Shown piece by piece: positions 30,524 through 41,300 of a DNA stretch of 64,000 nucleotides. Location: positions 251,690 to 315,689 of the forward strand of contig CBDHHF010000014.1 of NCBI GenBank assembly GCA_965263205.1, given 5' to 3'. Both the position numbers and the translations under genes were made by a program. Numbering within the stretch: the stretch's first letter is position 1; every line of letters begins with the position of its first letter. Under the pieces are notes generated by a model. It saw only the letters and a list, made by a program, of their open reading frames with translations, did not search any database and was not told the origin of the DNA. The DNA comes from Rhodothermales bacterium (lineage in GTDB: Bacteria; Bacteroidota; Rhodothermia; Rhodothermales; JAHQVL01).

Positions 30524-30654
30524 TATTTAAACCACTGACACAAAAATGATATGTTTTGTTACGATTATTTCACCCTCTTCTTGTTCATGAACGCAACGCG
30601 CACTATAATTCTTACGTAAAAAAGGCATATTTAGCTTAAGGACACTTGAAATAG

Positions 30655-31251
30655 ATGGAAACAGTATATCTGGTCAGCCTGTTGGTCGGCGGTTTTTTTG
30701 TGCTGCTCTCTGTGCTCGGAGGAGACTCAGAAGCGGATACAGATTTTGATGCTGAGACAGATTTTGACTTCGATGGCGATCTGGATGCTGACGTCGATTT
30801 CGATGGCGGTGACGTGGGTGGCGATATTGGCGCCGGCCCGGGGTTCATCGACCTGTTGTCCATCCGCGCACTCTTTCTCTTCTCGGCGTTCTTTGGCCTC
30901 ACGGGCTACGGACTTACCTGGGTAGATACCAACCCCACATTTACGCTTATCGCGGCCATTGCCGTTGGCCTGATTGCCGGCCTTGGTGGCAACTATATCA
31001 TCAAACGCTTTGGCTACGCCGAAATCTCAAGCGACGTCTCGCAAAATGAACTCAAAGGGAAAACAGGCAAAGTGCTGTTGCCCTTCTCGGGTGGCGAAAA
31101 AGGCAAAATTACCGTTGTTGTCAAAGGGCATCAACTGCGTCTTGTTGCACGATCACTCGACGAAACCTCGGACGAAACATTCCAGCAAGGAGAAGAAATC
31201 GTTGTTGTTCGCACGGCGAATGGCATCGTTGAAGTTGTAAAACCCACGTGA
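30655..31251 (+). CDS. NfeD-family membrane protein (OB-fold) with a D-rich low-complexity insert
   Basis: 198 aa with TM helices and a C-terminal OB-fold. It is followed by a flotillin gene, the classic NfeD-SPFH pairing. The acidic stretch is DSEADTDFDAETDFDFDGDLDADVDFDGGD. Confidence 0.7.
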   Translation: METVYLVSLLVGGFFVLLSVLGGDSEADTDFDAETDFDFDGDLDADVDFDGGDVGGDIGAGPGFIDLLSIRALFLFSAFFGLTGYGLTWVDTNPTFTLIAAIAVGLIAGLGGNYIIKRFGYAEISSDVSQNELKGKTGKVLLPFSGGEKGKITVVVKGHQLRLVARSLDETSDETFQQGEEIVVVRTANGIVEVVKPT

Positions 31252-31363
31252 CCTACAGGCGCGCTGCCTGTTTTAGATAAACGTGATTCCCCAATACCGG
31301 AGCATTCCGGTTTTAAGCGAGCCTGTATGCTGCTGCAGGCCATAACCGTATGGAGGTCCATCT

Positions 31364-32638
31364 ATGGAAGCTGCTTTTATTATAGCCGGCGCCATCATCT
31401 TCGTCTTCATGACAATTTTTGGCATTTTCCGGGCAAACCTGAAAATTTGCCAACCGAACGAAGTACTCATTTTCAGTGGTCGTAACCGAATGCTGAGCGA
31501 TGGTAGCAAGGTTGGGTACCGCGTCATTCGTGGTGGGCGGAGTTTTCGCTGGCCCATTATCGAACAGGTTGATCGCCTTGAACTCAACACCATCCCAATC
31601 GACCTTTCGGTCAACAATGCGTACTCGAAAGGTGGTATTCCACTGACAGTCCGCGCTATTGCAAACGTGAAAGTGGCATCCAACGAACCTGAACTGAACA
31701 ATGCGGTAGAGCGTCTGCTCGGCAAACCATTGGGCGATATCCAGGTCATTGCCAAAGAAACTCTCGAAGGCAACTTGCGCGGTGTACTTGCTACCCTGAC
31801 GCCGGAAGAGGTAAACGAAGACCGTCTAAAATTTGCACGCACCTTGTTGGATGAAGCTGATAATGACTTGAGCGCGCTTGGGCTACAGCTTGACACCCTG
31901 AAAATCCAGAGTGTTGAAGATGACCGCGGCTACCTGGACGCAATTGGCCGGCAACGTACCGCCCAAATTATCTCGGCTGCTGAGGTTACCGAGGCGGAGC
32001 AGAATCAACATGCCCGACTCGCTGAAGCGAGCGCAGAAAAATCGATTGCTGAAGCAGAAAACGAAGTCCGAATTGTTAAAGCCCAGCTGGCTGCAGAAGC
32101 CGAGGCTGAAGAAGCCAAAGTGAGCGTTGCAGCCCGTGTTGCAGAAGCCAGGGCTGAACAGGAGTTAGCCGAGCAGGAAATTTTACTCGCTGAAAAAAGG
32201 CAGCGTTCAGAAGTGATTGTAGCAGCAGAAGCTGAGCGTATGGCCAAAGAAGAAATTGCCAAGGGTAATGCTGCACGTATTCTGGAAGATGGGCAGGCTG
32301 AAGTGGAAGTATTGCGCCGCAAGCTGGAATTGTGGAATCAAGCCGGCACCGACGCTGAACGCCTCTTCCTGATCCAAATGCTGCCAGAGATCATTCAGCA
32401 GGTTGTCAATACGGTAGATAATCTGCAAATCGATAAAATTACCGTTGTTGACAGTGGCACAGGCGGCAGCGGCGTGCCAGCCGTTTTCAACCAGATTGCA
32501 GGCGCTACACCAGCCTTGCTTGAAAGCCTAAAAGCTTCGACTGGCGTTGATATCGCCGGTATGCTTTCGCAAGCTTCGCAAAGCACTATAAAATCCTCAC
32601 GCGACGATGAGGACGAAAAAACAAAGGACAACACCTGA
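31364..32638 (+). CDS. flotillin/SPFH (band 7) domain protein
   Basis: 424 aa with an N-terminal TM, an SPFH domain and a long EA-rich coiled coil (…AEAEAEEAKVSVAARVAEARAEQELAEQE…). Confidence 0.85.
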   Translation: MEAAFIIAGAIIFVFMTIFGIFRANLKICQPNEVLIFSGRNRMLSDGSKVGYRVIRGGRSFRWPIIEQVDRLELNTIPIDLSVNNAYSKGGIPLTVRAIANVKVASNEPELNNAVERLLGKPLGDIQVIAKETLEGNLRGVLATLTPEEVNEDRLKFARTLLDEADNDLSALGLQLDTLKIQSVEDDRGYLDAIGRQRTAQIISAAEVTEAEQNQHARLAEASAEKSIAEAENEVRIVKAQLAAEAEAEEAKVSVAARVAEARAEQELAEQEILLAEKRQRSEVIVAAEAERMAKEEIAKGNAARILEDGQAEVEVLRRKLELWNQAGTDAERLFLIQMLPEIIQQVVNTVDNLQIDKITVVDSGTGGSGVPAVFNQIAGATPALLESLKASTGVDIAGMLSQASQSTIKSSRDDEDEKTKDNT

Positions 32639-32724
32639 CGGTGCCATCCTTTAAGCAGTGTGTAACGTGCCGGACAGCCCCCAGCACCCAACCAAGGGTG
32701 CAGGCGCTCGTCCGGCACGTATTT

Positions 32725-33588
32725 TTAGTAAGATGTTCGAACAATGCGTGATTGCGCAACGCGGCCGACGCCTGTCATATCAACTCTGAAAGACGCACCA
32801 AAAATGTTATTTTCACCAGCGTCTACAACCACTTGCGTTTCGTAAATCCCCGGGCGAACGTGCGCCACATCCGCAACCACACGGTCAAAGCCACCAGGAA
32901 ATACCCAGTCGGCACGCCCTTCCAGGCGCTCCTGTAAATTGCCAGCTTCATCATAGAGCTCAAACCATACTTCGGGTTTGACGAGCATATCACCCGTATT
33001 CACCATAACAGCTTCCAACTGCTGACTATTTCGCTCGCCTTTTACCTTCAAGACGTTGACGGCAAGGCCGGCATCACCTGTGCCTTTAATTTCCGTTGCA
33101 ATGTCGGTCAACCGGTGGCGGCTATAAGGGCGCACAAATTCTGATCCGCCTAACGCAACAACGTCAACCGTAAGCGTGCTCCAGTACGTGCCAGCAGGTG
33201 GTTCGTTATCCATGCGTAACGGCACAACAACCTCAAAAGGTACCCTGGCAACTTCGCCAGATCGGATCGTCATGCGTTGTGTTTCAAGAGTAACCCAATC
33301 TGCATTAGATCGGTTGATCGTCACAATTTTGTCTCCCTGATCAAAAGAAGTCAGGGCTGAAATTTCATCCTGGTAAAGCTTGAGGGTTAGCACAGAGTCC
33401 GTTTCATTGTGAATCATCACAAATCCGGTATACTGCTCTCCTGGCAGCGCTTCTGCGCGCTGCACCGTCTCTCCTACAAGCGTAATCTGTGCTACTGCGT
33501 TCGCTGGAGCCATAATAAAGGCGCACATCAACAACATCAGCACATGTACCAATCGATGCTTCATCTTTTCTACCATTTGGTAAGACAA
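32725..33588 (-). CDS. secreted hypothetical protein (signal peptide; predicted beta-rich)
   Basis: MKHRLVHVLMLLMCAFIMAPANAVAQ signal peptide; no catalytic motifs. Confidence 0.5.
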   Translation of the reverse strand: MSYQMVEKMKHRLVHVLMLLMCAFIMAPANAVAQITLVGETVQRAEALPGEQYTGFVMIHNETDSVLTLKLYQDEISALTSFDQGDKIVTINRSNADWVTLETQRMTIRSGEVARVPFEVVVPLRMDNEPPAGTYWSTLTVDVVALGGSEFVRPYSRHRLTDIATEIKGTGDAGLAVNVLKVKGERNSQQLEAVMVNTGDMLVKPEVWFELYDEAGNLQERLEGRADWVFPGGFDRVVADVAHVRPGIYETQVVVDAGENNIFGASFRVDMTGVGRVAQSRIVRTSY

Positions 33589-33992
33589 TCGAAAGCAGGC
33601 TGTTTATATCCGACACATAGAGGAGGCCTGGCGCTGTCTGTTCTTAACACATTGTTATCCGGTCGCTGTAAAGGATTGCGCATTGTGGGGATGGTGAGGG
33701 CGCAACGGGTCGGCGGGACCAAAACAGAGTCAGCTACTAACGTAATCGGCAGAAAGCAAAGATTTGTAAATGCCGGTGTGCATTCAGCAGGTCTCGTCAC
33801 ACAATCGTTACATTTCAGAGTACATAATTATCCCACAGAAACAGAAAAACAGCCCATTGGGTGCAGATGTAACACATAACCGGCTGTGTAACCAAAAAGA
33901 ATCCAACCCCGTTTTTTCACGTAGACAGGGTTTGTGTGTAACACATAGGGCGCGGCTTAACTGCCCGGCGAAATACAGAGACTGAGGTCGAC

Positions 33993-36944
33993 TTGGAAAC
34001 ACCACGTACACAGCTACACCACCGTATTTTCTTCCTATTTATTTTTTCACTGCTGCTCGGCCTTTCCCCGAGAGGTGTACAAGCACAAGGATTCTCCACC
34101 TTCAATGGACGCAATCATCCTGAATTGGACTGGCTGCAGGCCGAAACGGAGCATTTCAAAATCATGTATCCAGCGCATCTCGCCGGTATCGAAATCCAGG
34201 CAGGTGTCATTGCTGAAGCCACCTACACTGCACTCTCAGAAAACCTTGATGTAACATTCGATAAAAAACTCAGGATGTATTTGTCTGACGAAGACGAAAT
34301 CCTGAACGGTTTTGCCCTTTCGCCACTCGGGTACACCAATATCTGGGTACACGTAAACGATGTGGCTACCACGTGGTCTGGGAATACAAAATGGCTGCGT
34401 ACAGTTATCTCGCATGAGCTCGCCCACCTTTTTCATGGAGAGGCTGTGAAAAGCCGGCTCGGCCTCGTTGCCTATTTCCTCGGCGATCCGATGCCCAGTT
34501 TTTGGGCAGAAGGCATCGCGCAATATGAAACGGAGCTATGGGACGCCAATCGGGGCGATCGCTGGTTGCGCACAGCCTTGTTAGACGACCGACTTTCTTA
34601 CGAAGATGGGCGCTCAATATGGAATGGCCGGCTACTCTATGCCGCTGGCAATTCGCAAACGCGCTACCTGGCCTCCCAATATGGCGACTCTACCATCACC
34701 AAAATCCTAAAGCATCGAAAAAACGCTGCGTTTGGACGCTTTGCACACCACGACTTTTACTCGGCTTTCGAGGCGGTTACAGGGAAAACCTATGCTGCTT
34801 TTTATGATGAGTGGCGCCGGCACATGAATGTGTATTACAACACCCTCGCGGGCCAGATGGAACTGACCGATTCTCTGGATGCAAAACCTCTCAAACTAAC
34901 CGGACAATATCTTTACGACATCAGCTACAGCGCTGACACTACGCACGCCGCGGTATTGTCGCTTGGCTCTATCAGCCGACCTGTTATCCGCCTGCACGTA
35001 ATTCACAGGGAAACGGGCACTGCACAAACCGTAGCTGAAGGAGGCATTCGCGCGCCGATCGACTGGAGCCCTGATGGACGCCAGCTGGCTTTTGCACGGC
35101 GAACGCGGCAGAAAAATGGCGCATTGGTCAATGATTTGTTTGTGACCTCGCGTAACGGCAAGAAAACCCGACGCCTCACCCGCAGCCGGCGTGCAAGCTC
35201 GCCCGTTTTCTCGCCGGACGGGAAGCAGCTGGCCTTCATCGGCTCTACAGCCGGCACAGCCAATGTCTATCTACTTAACCTGGAAACTGAAGAAGAACGT
35301 CCGTTGACCCGTTTCACCGGTGACGTACAGCTGGCTTCGCTCAACTGGCATCACGCATCAAATAAAATTGTTGTCGGCAGGTTTGATGCGGATGGCGACC
35401 GAGACATCGTGCTACTGGACCCCAAAAATGGCAAACTCGATGCCATCTCCCCAACAGGAACAGACGACCAGTTCCCTATCTGGAGTCCCGATGGCAAGCA
35501 GATTGCGGTAACGTCTCTCACAGACCGCGTACCCAACGTGTTCATCTGGGACCTCGAAACGCGCACCCGCAGACGCGCCACAAATTTGGTTAACGGTGCC
35601 CGGGTGATGGATTGGCTTCCTGCTGATTCCGCGCATGCCGCCGGCACGTTGATCGTTACAACCAGTGCAACCAAGCAACGCGATCAGGCCTTCCGTATTG
35701 ATGCAGCGCGCGTGCCCTTCGAAACGACCATCTCCATTCCCGAGCCGTATACGCGCTGGACAACACACACACCGCCGGCAACCATTCCCCAGGCGTTGCC
35801 CGATGACGCGACCATTATCACGTCGCGCAGCCAATACAAATCACTCAAAAACCTGGTCCACCTGTTCTCGTTTGGCCTGCCCTACTACAACAGTGCAGAC
35901 GACTGGGGCGTAATTGGCGCAACATCGTGGACTGAACCACTCGGCCATCACACTTTTGGGGCAACCGCCTCTTTGGCGTTAAAGAACACACGTGAAAACA
36001 GCTTCCTGCTCGCCACCTACGTCAACAATCAATTACGTCCCTCAACAACACTAAGTGGCTACTCACTCCTCCCCGTAGCTCGGGCGTATGGCAACAGTTA
36101 TTTGCTGGATGCTATTTCCGGTGGTGACGTCACCTTTGACTGGCCCCTCGACATTGCGGTCAAACCGTATACCGGAACACGTCTGGACATTCGATTGCAA
36201 TACGCAGCTATTGATCAGTTGAATGACGATGAATATGAGTCGCTTCCAGCAGGATTACTCCCGCCGGAAGAAGGCGAAAAAGCAGAGTTACGCATCGGTT
36301 TTACCCGTAAAACACTGCGACCCTACAGCGGCAACGTGGTGCATCCGCTTGATGGGCTCGGACTCAAGCTGCAGGCAGCCGTGAGCGACAACGTGCTTGG
36401 TGGTGACACACGGTACCTTAGGGCAGATGCTGCGGCCTATGCTGTACTACCGGGCCTGCTGAACAACAGATTTTTTGTTTACGGCAAAGCTACTTACCTC
36501 ACTGGCGAAACGTTTAACCAGGAACGACCAGGTTTTGCCCGGTTTGACGACTTGCAGATCTCTGCGCCGCAGTTCGGGATTATGGCATTCTCCGATGCTG
36601 TTCGTGTACGCGGCTACCGCGAGTTTGCCTATGGTGATCGGGTTCTTTTTGGCTCCGCTGAATACAGGATGCCGCTTATACCGAGCTTGCAAACCACGAT
36701 CCTGGGACTGATTTCCCTGCGCCAGACCACACTTTCAGCCTTTATTGACGCCGGCGCTGTTTGGGAAGACCGTGTGCGCATCACGCGGCGTGTCGGAGCC
36801 GGCGTTGAGGTCAAAAATGCACTCGTAATCGGCGGTATGCTGCAACTGATGCATGCAGTGGGATTTGCGCAGCCTGCCTCCCAGTTGGGAACGACTAACG
36901 ACTATGAGGTTTATTATCGTGTTCGGGCTTCACTGCCATTCTAG
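33993..36944 (+). CDS. composite outer-membrane protein: N-terminal HExxH zinc-metallopeptidase-like domain, TolB-like PD40 beta-propeller repeats and a C-terminal beta-barrel
   Basis: Signal peptide; HELAHLFHGE motif; repeated SPDG(R/K)QLAF and WSPDGKQIAV PD40 motifs; C-terminal alternating-hydrophobic strands ending in ...RVRASLPF, an OMP-like terminal Phe. Confidence 0.6.
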   Translation: METPRTQLHHRIFFLFIFSLLLGLSPRGVQAQGFSTFNGRNHPELDWLQAETEHFKIMYPAHLAGIEIQAGVIAEATYTALSENLDVTFDKKLRMYLSDEDEILNGFALSPLGYTNIWVHVNDVATTWSGNTKWLRTVISHELAHLFHGEAVKSRLGLVAYFLGDPMPSFWAEGIAQYETELWDANRGDRWLRTALLDDRLSYEDGRSIWNGRLLYAAGNSQTRYLASQYGDSTITKILKHRKNAAFGRFAHHDFYSAFEAVTGKTYAAFYDEWRRHMNVYYNTLAGQMELTDSLDAKPLKLTGQYLYDISYSADTTHAAVLSLGSISRPVIRLHVIHRETGTAQTVAEGGIRAPIDWSPDGRQLAFARRTRQKNGALVNDLFVTSRNGKKTRRLTRSRRASSPVFSPDGKQLAFIGSTAGTANVYLLNLETEEERPLTRFTGDVQLASLNWHHASNKIVVGRFDADGDRDIVLLDPKNGKLDAISPTGTDDQFPIWSPDGKQIAVTSLTDRVPNVFIWDLETRTRRRATNLVNGARVMDWLPADSAHAAGTLIVTTSATKQRDQAFRIDAARVPFETTISIPEPYTRWTTHTPPATIPQALPDDATIITSRSQYKSLKNLVHLFSFGLPYYNSADDWGVIGATSWTEPLGHHTFGATASLALKNTRENSFLLATYVNNQLRPSTTLSGYSLLPVARAYGNSYLLDAISGGDVTFDWPLDIAVKPYTGTRLDIRLQYAAIDQLNDDEYESLPAGLLPPEEGEKAELRIGFTRKTLRPYSGNVVHPLDGLGLKLQAAVSDNVLGGDTRYLRADAAAYAVLPGLLNNRFFVYGKATYLTGETFNQERPGFARFDDLQISAPQFGIMAFSDAVRVRGYREFAYGDRVLFGSAEYRMPLIPSLQTTILGLISLRQTTLSAFIDAGAVWEDRVRITRRVGAGVEVKNALVIGGMLQLMHAVGFAQPASQLGTTNDYEVYYRVRASLPF

Positions 36945-37070
36945 CCCAACTGGCAGTGGGGATGCTTCAACGGCCCGCAACAACCAGTGCCCATCTGATA
37001 CAACCACGCATTTTTGCGCTTGGGAGCCGTTTACGGTACCTTGGTGAATGATTAATTGATCTTCTGAACC

Positions 37071-38306
37071 ATGCGTTTGACTCATCGCTTCTCGTTAGCG
37101 ATACGGGGGGCCCTTTTTGTTTTTGCGGTACTGATCAGCGGCTGCGAATTTATTCAACAAAGAGTATCCAGCGGCACAGATTCCCTTGCTGTGGCTGATT
37201 CCAGCATGCGTGTCGTACTCGACTCGCTCGAAAAGATGGTGCCGGCTCCACTCGATTCCCTCACGGCTAACACCGATGCTGCCGCAGCGGATACACAGAC
37301 CGCAGCACCAACCACCCCGGTAGCTGCTGCAGATACACAGATCGTTGCTGTACCAGCCCCTTTACTCGATAGCCTGTTGCAGGAAATTGCAGCGCTAAAA
37401 TCTGCCGTACAACCTGACACGGCGGGTTCAAGCGGGAATCCAGGCATCCAAAACCAACTTACAGATGCAGTAGGTGGCATCCAGAACCTGGGGCGTAATA
37501 TTTTACTTTCTATCCTTACGCTCCTGCTGTTCTTCTACGTTATCCGTAGTATTTCGTGGACCTTAGAACGCTTTTCAGAGCAAAGCGCCACGCGCCGGCT
37601 GTTTTTTAAGCGTCTCGTCCCGATTGTCCGCATCCTCATGTGGACACTGGCCATCTACATTATCCTGATCCACGTATTTGCCCTAGAGGAGCGGCAGCTA
37701 ATCTCTGCATGGACAGCCATTGGCCTTGCTGTGGGGTTTGCTTCTCAAGACATCTTAAAAAACATTTTTGGGGGTATCATCATCATCATCGACCAGCCTT
37801 TTCAGGTTGGCGATAAAATCAATATCGGTGGCACCTATGGTGAGGTGACGGCCATTGGACTGCGTTCAACGCGTATCGTAACGCCAGATGACAACCTTGT
37901 TTCGGTTCCCAATGCGCAGGTGGTAGAGAGTCAGGTAGCCAATGCCAATGCCGGCGCACTCGATTGCCAGGTGGTTATCGACCTGTATCTTCCTGGCTGG
38001 GTTGACGTAATCAAAGCTAAGAACATCGCTTACAACGCCGCTGCAAACTCAAACTATGTTTACCTCGAAAAACCCATTGTGGTGAACGTAAAAGATATCT
38101 TTAAAGAGACCTTTCTTACACATCTTGCCGTAAAGGCCTATGTTATCGACAATCGATACGAATTTGCGTTTGCGAGTGATGTCACCGAAACAGCAAAAGC
38201 AGAATTCCAACGGAGGAATATGCTGATGCCTCTCGCGAATATGCTGGCTGTGGAGCAGAAAGAATCGGGCAATGGAAGTATGGATAGCGAGGTCGATGGC
38301 CCATGA
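37071..38306 (+). CDS. mechanosensitive ion channel, MscS family, with a lipoprotein-type signal and a periplasmic N-terminal extension
   Basis: MscS core IFGGIIIIIDQPFQVGDKINIGGTYGEVTAIGLRSTRIVTPDDNLVSVPNAQV; N-terminal LISGCEF lipobox and an approximately 130-aa periplasmic region. Confidence 0.85.
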   Translation: MRLTHRFSLAIRGALFVFAVLISGCEFIQQRVSSGTDSLAVADSSMRVVLDSLEKMVPAPLDSLTANTDAAAADTQTAAPTTPVAAADTQIVAVPAPLLDSLLQEIAALKSAVQPDTAGSSGNPGIQNQLTDAVGGIQNLGRNILLSILTLLLFFYVIRSISWTLERFSEQSATRRLFFKRLVPIVRILMWTLAIYIILIHVFALEERQLISAWTAIGLAVGFASQDILKNIFGGIIIIIDQPFQVGDKINIGGTYGEVTAIGLRSTRIVTPDDNLVSVPNAQVVESQVANANAGALDCQVVIDLYLPGWVDVIKAKNIAYNAAANSNYVYLEKPIVVNVKDIFKETFLTHLAVKAYVIDNRYEFAFASDVTETAKAEFQRRNMLMPLANMLAVEQKESGNGSMDSEVDGP

Positions 38307-41300
38307 GTACAATCGATACGACGATATCCGAACCAGCAGCGCATACCAATGGCGCGCCTTCTGAAGACTATTGGTCTGAATCGCGAGACCAACTCAAGCG
38401 GATCGTTGCGGACGTGCATAATACAACCCTTGCCGGCGCGGAGAAGCTAGAGAAAAGCATTAGCGATGATCATCTGGCACCGATCCTGGAAGCGTTTGGC
38501 AAGGCAGCAGCGGTACACGAAACCCTGCAGCAGGAAATTAAAATTGCACTCGAACAGGGTACTGGCGTTACATGGGAGCAGGTACTCAAGTACCGCCGGG
38601 GTACAATGGAGCAAGTAGTGAAACCACTCAATGCGCGTCTTGGTGTGCAGGTATCTGAGCAGGTTTACAAAAGCTTCCGCATGTTATTTACTGATCTCCG
38701 CAGTAGCATTGAAGAGATTCCAGCTACGCTAGTTATTCCTGAACCTCCAAACCTGTTTGCGCCCCGACCGAGCGACGCAGCGTGGACACGGCTCAGGAAA
38801 CTGCAAGTACGCAGTGGTAAAACGATGCGAGTATTCCGCTACGGCGTAATCAATGGATTTCGCAGTATCGCAGGCCGGCCGAAGCTTATACTGCCGATTC
38901 CGCAACAGGAAGTCAATTTACGAGAGTTGCTGCGCTACCACGTCAAAGTACGCGTGCCCAATGTGTTTACAGAGACGTTCAACGCTATCCACAGCTTCTT
39001 AACCAAACACATCGCTGCTTTTGAGCGGGCGCAAACACAATGGACATATCTAATGCTCGACCTCGAGCTGGATATAGCCGAGCCCGATCATCATCTGGAC
39101 GCACTTGATTCCTGGTTAGATCTGGATAATACACCCAAACGATACAGTGATCCTGAATGGGCAAAAAACCTGCTCAGTGCCATCACCGGTCTCCATACGT
39201 GTATCGAGGAGATTGCTGCATTGGACGTTCCAACGCTACGGGTGGATACTGCACTGTTCGAGACATGCGCCCAGAACCTGTACATCGATTTTAAGCACAG
39301 CGACACCTTTTTGCTTCACGATCGGTCTATCCCCGAATCGGGCGATCAAGTTGTTTCTCAGCTTGGGCATGCAACGGGATTTTGGAAAACGTGGTATCGC
39401 GAGGCCAGCAACAGGCTCAGTCTGAATACAAAGCTGCATGAATTGAGGGACTTTTTGCTGCGCCGGCAAAGAGGCTTACTCACTTCCATTGCAAATGCAT
39501 CGATCATTCCTATTCTACATTCCTTCGATCAGCTACGCACCACCTTTGCACGAGTACAGGATGAGGTTACGCAAATTTGCAGCAACCCGACCAACGTAGA
39601 CAATGAAGCCAAGGTGCGCGCTGAACTAGAGGTACGCCATAAACAGATTTCGCGGCAGTTCAAGCAAATATTAAACGACGTAACCAATTTGCTGCGCGCC
39701 GGCCAGGCCCTCGAAGAGCCAGGCACTGTGTTCTGGAACGATCTGCATCGGTTTATTGATGGTTTGGCTGAGCAAATTGAAGTACATGAGACGCGACAGT
39801 ATCCCATTTCAGAACAAGAATCTGTCCACCACCAATACCAGATCCAGCTACGCGAAATTGTTCAGTCGGCCCTGCTGAAATCATTCCCGGAACAGCTGAC
39901 AAAGTCAGCCAAAGCACTACAAAAGGCGGTCATCCATACCTGGGAAGAGACCCAGCAAGTGGAGTACATGGTTGACTACAACATAAAGGCTGCGTTTGCG
40001 GAGATGCTTGATGAGCAAGAAAAGCAGGAGACGACAGATCCGACACAGCAACCAATCACTACTGAAACAGAAGAACCGGTTGCCGTAGCTCAAGAATTGA
40101 TCACCACAGGCCTCGGGCGATCCACAGAAAAACTGACTGATCTTGCACGGGAGCTCCACGGCCCGTGGATCAATCTGACAAATAAGGCTGCAGAAGCCAT
40201 TAAAGTCTACTCGGTAGATATCCTCCACAATGTACTGGAGGAAGACCATATGAACGATGGCTGGACCAACTTCAAAATGAGGGTGAGTCGGTCGTTCAAA
40301 AAGATGTTGCAAGCCGGCGAGCAACAGTGGACGCGTTTCAAGCTATGGGTCCAACATATCATCAAGGTTGGTCAGCGACGTGCACGCCAACTCATCAAAA
40401 AAGGGCAAAGTGCGGTAGGCGTTGTAGATCAAAGCGAGGATCAGTGGCTTTCTACCCTGGAACTAGCCTCCGACATCGACACCCTGCACAAACGACTCCC
40501 CCTGGTTTATAGAAGGCTCTTTTCTCTCAAGCCGCTTGCTGACCTCGACTTACTGGAAGGCCGCAAGCTCGACGTTGCGTTTGTCAAAAAACACTACGCA
40601 CAATGGCAAAAAAGTCAGACAGGTCCACTGCTTCTGTCGATGCCCGATGGTAGCGGTCGGACGAGTTTCATGAATGTACTGACGCGATCTATTTTTGAAG
40701 GAGCGAATGTCCAACCCCTCACCTTTAGCCGGCGCGTCCCGCACGAAAACGCCTTTGCAGCCCAGGTGGCCGAAGCCCTGTCGATTCCGGTTACAGATGA
40801 CATGACCCTGGAATCGCTAGAAGCCCAAATTATCGAAACGCCGCGCACACCCGAACCTATTGTGCTCGTCATCGATCGTTTTGAACACCTGCTGCTTTGC
40901 TCGCCGGGTGGCCACTCGTTGATTGAGCGCGTACTCATTTTTATGTCGCGCACCGACAACCTGATCTACTGGGTAATCAACGTAAGCGCTCATGCCTGGC
41001 ATTTCCTTGAAAAGACCATGAGCCCTTCATCCGGGTTTATTTCGGCTTATCGGGTAACCAATCTGCAACGGCAAGCCCTGGAGGACATTATTCTGAAACG
41101 GCACCACCGCAGTGGGATGAGTTTACATTTCCGCCAGAATACGGCTTCACAATCCTGGTTCGATTTTACGGGCTCAGGTTCACAGAAAAACCAGCAGGAA
41201 GCACACCGTACTGCTTTCTTCGACAAACTGTATCGGCTTTCCGGCCAAAACATTTTGCTTGCACTGCTCTACTGGCTTCGTGCGGTAGAATTTGACACAG

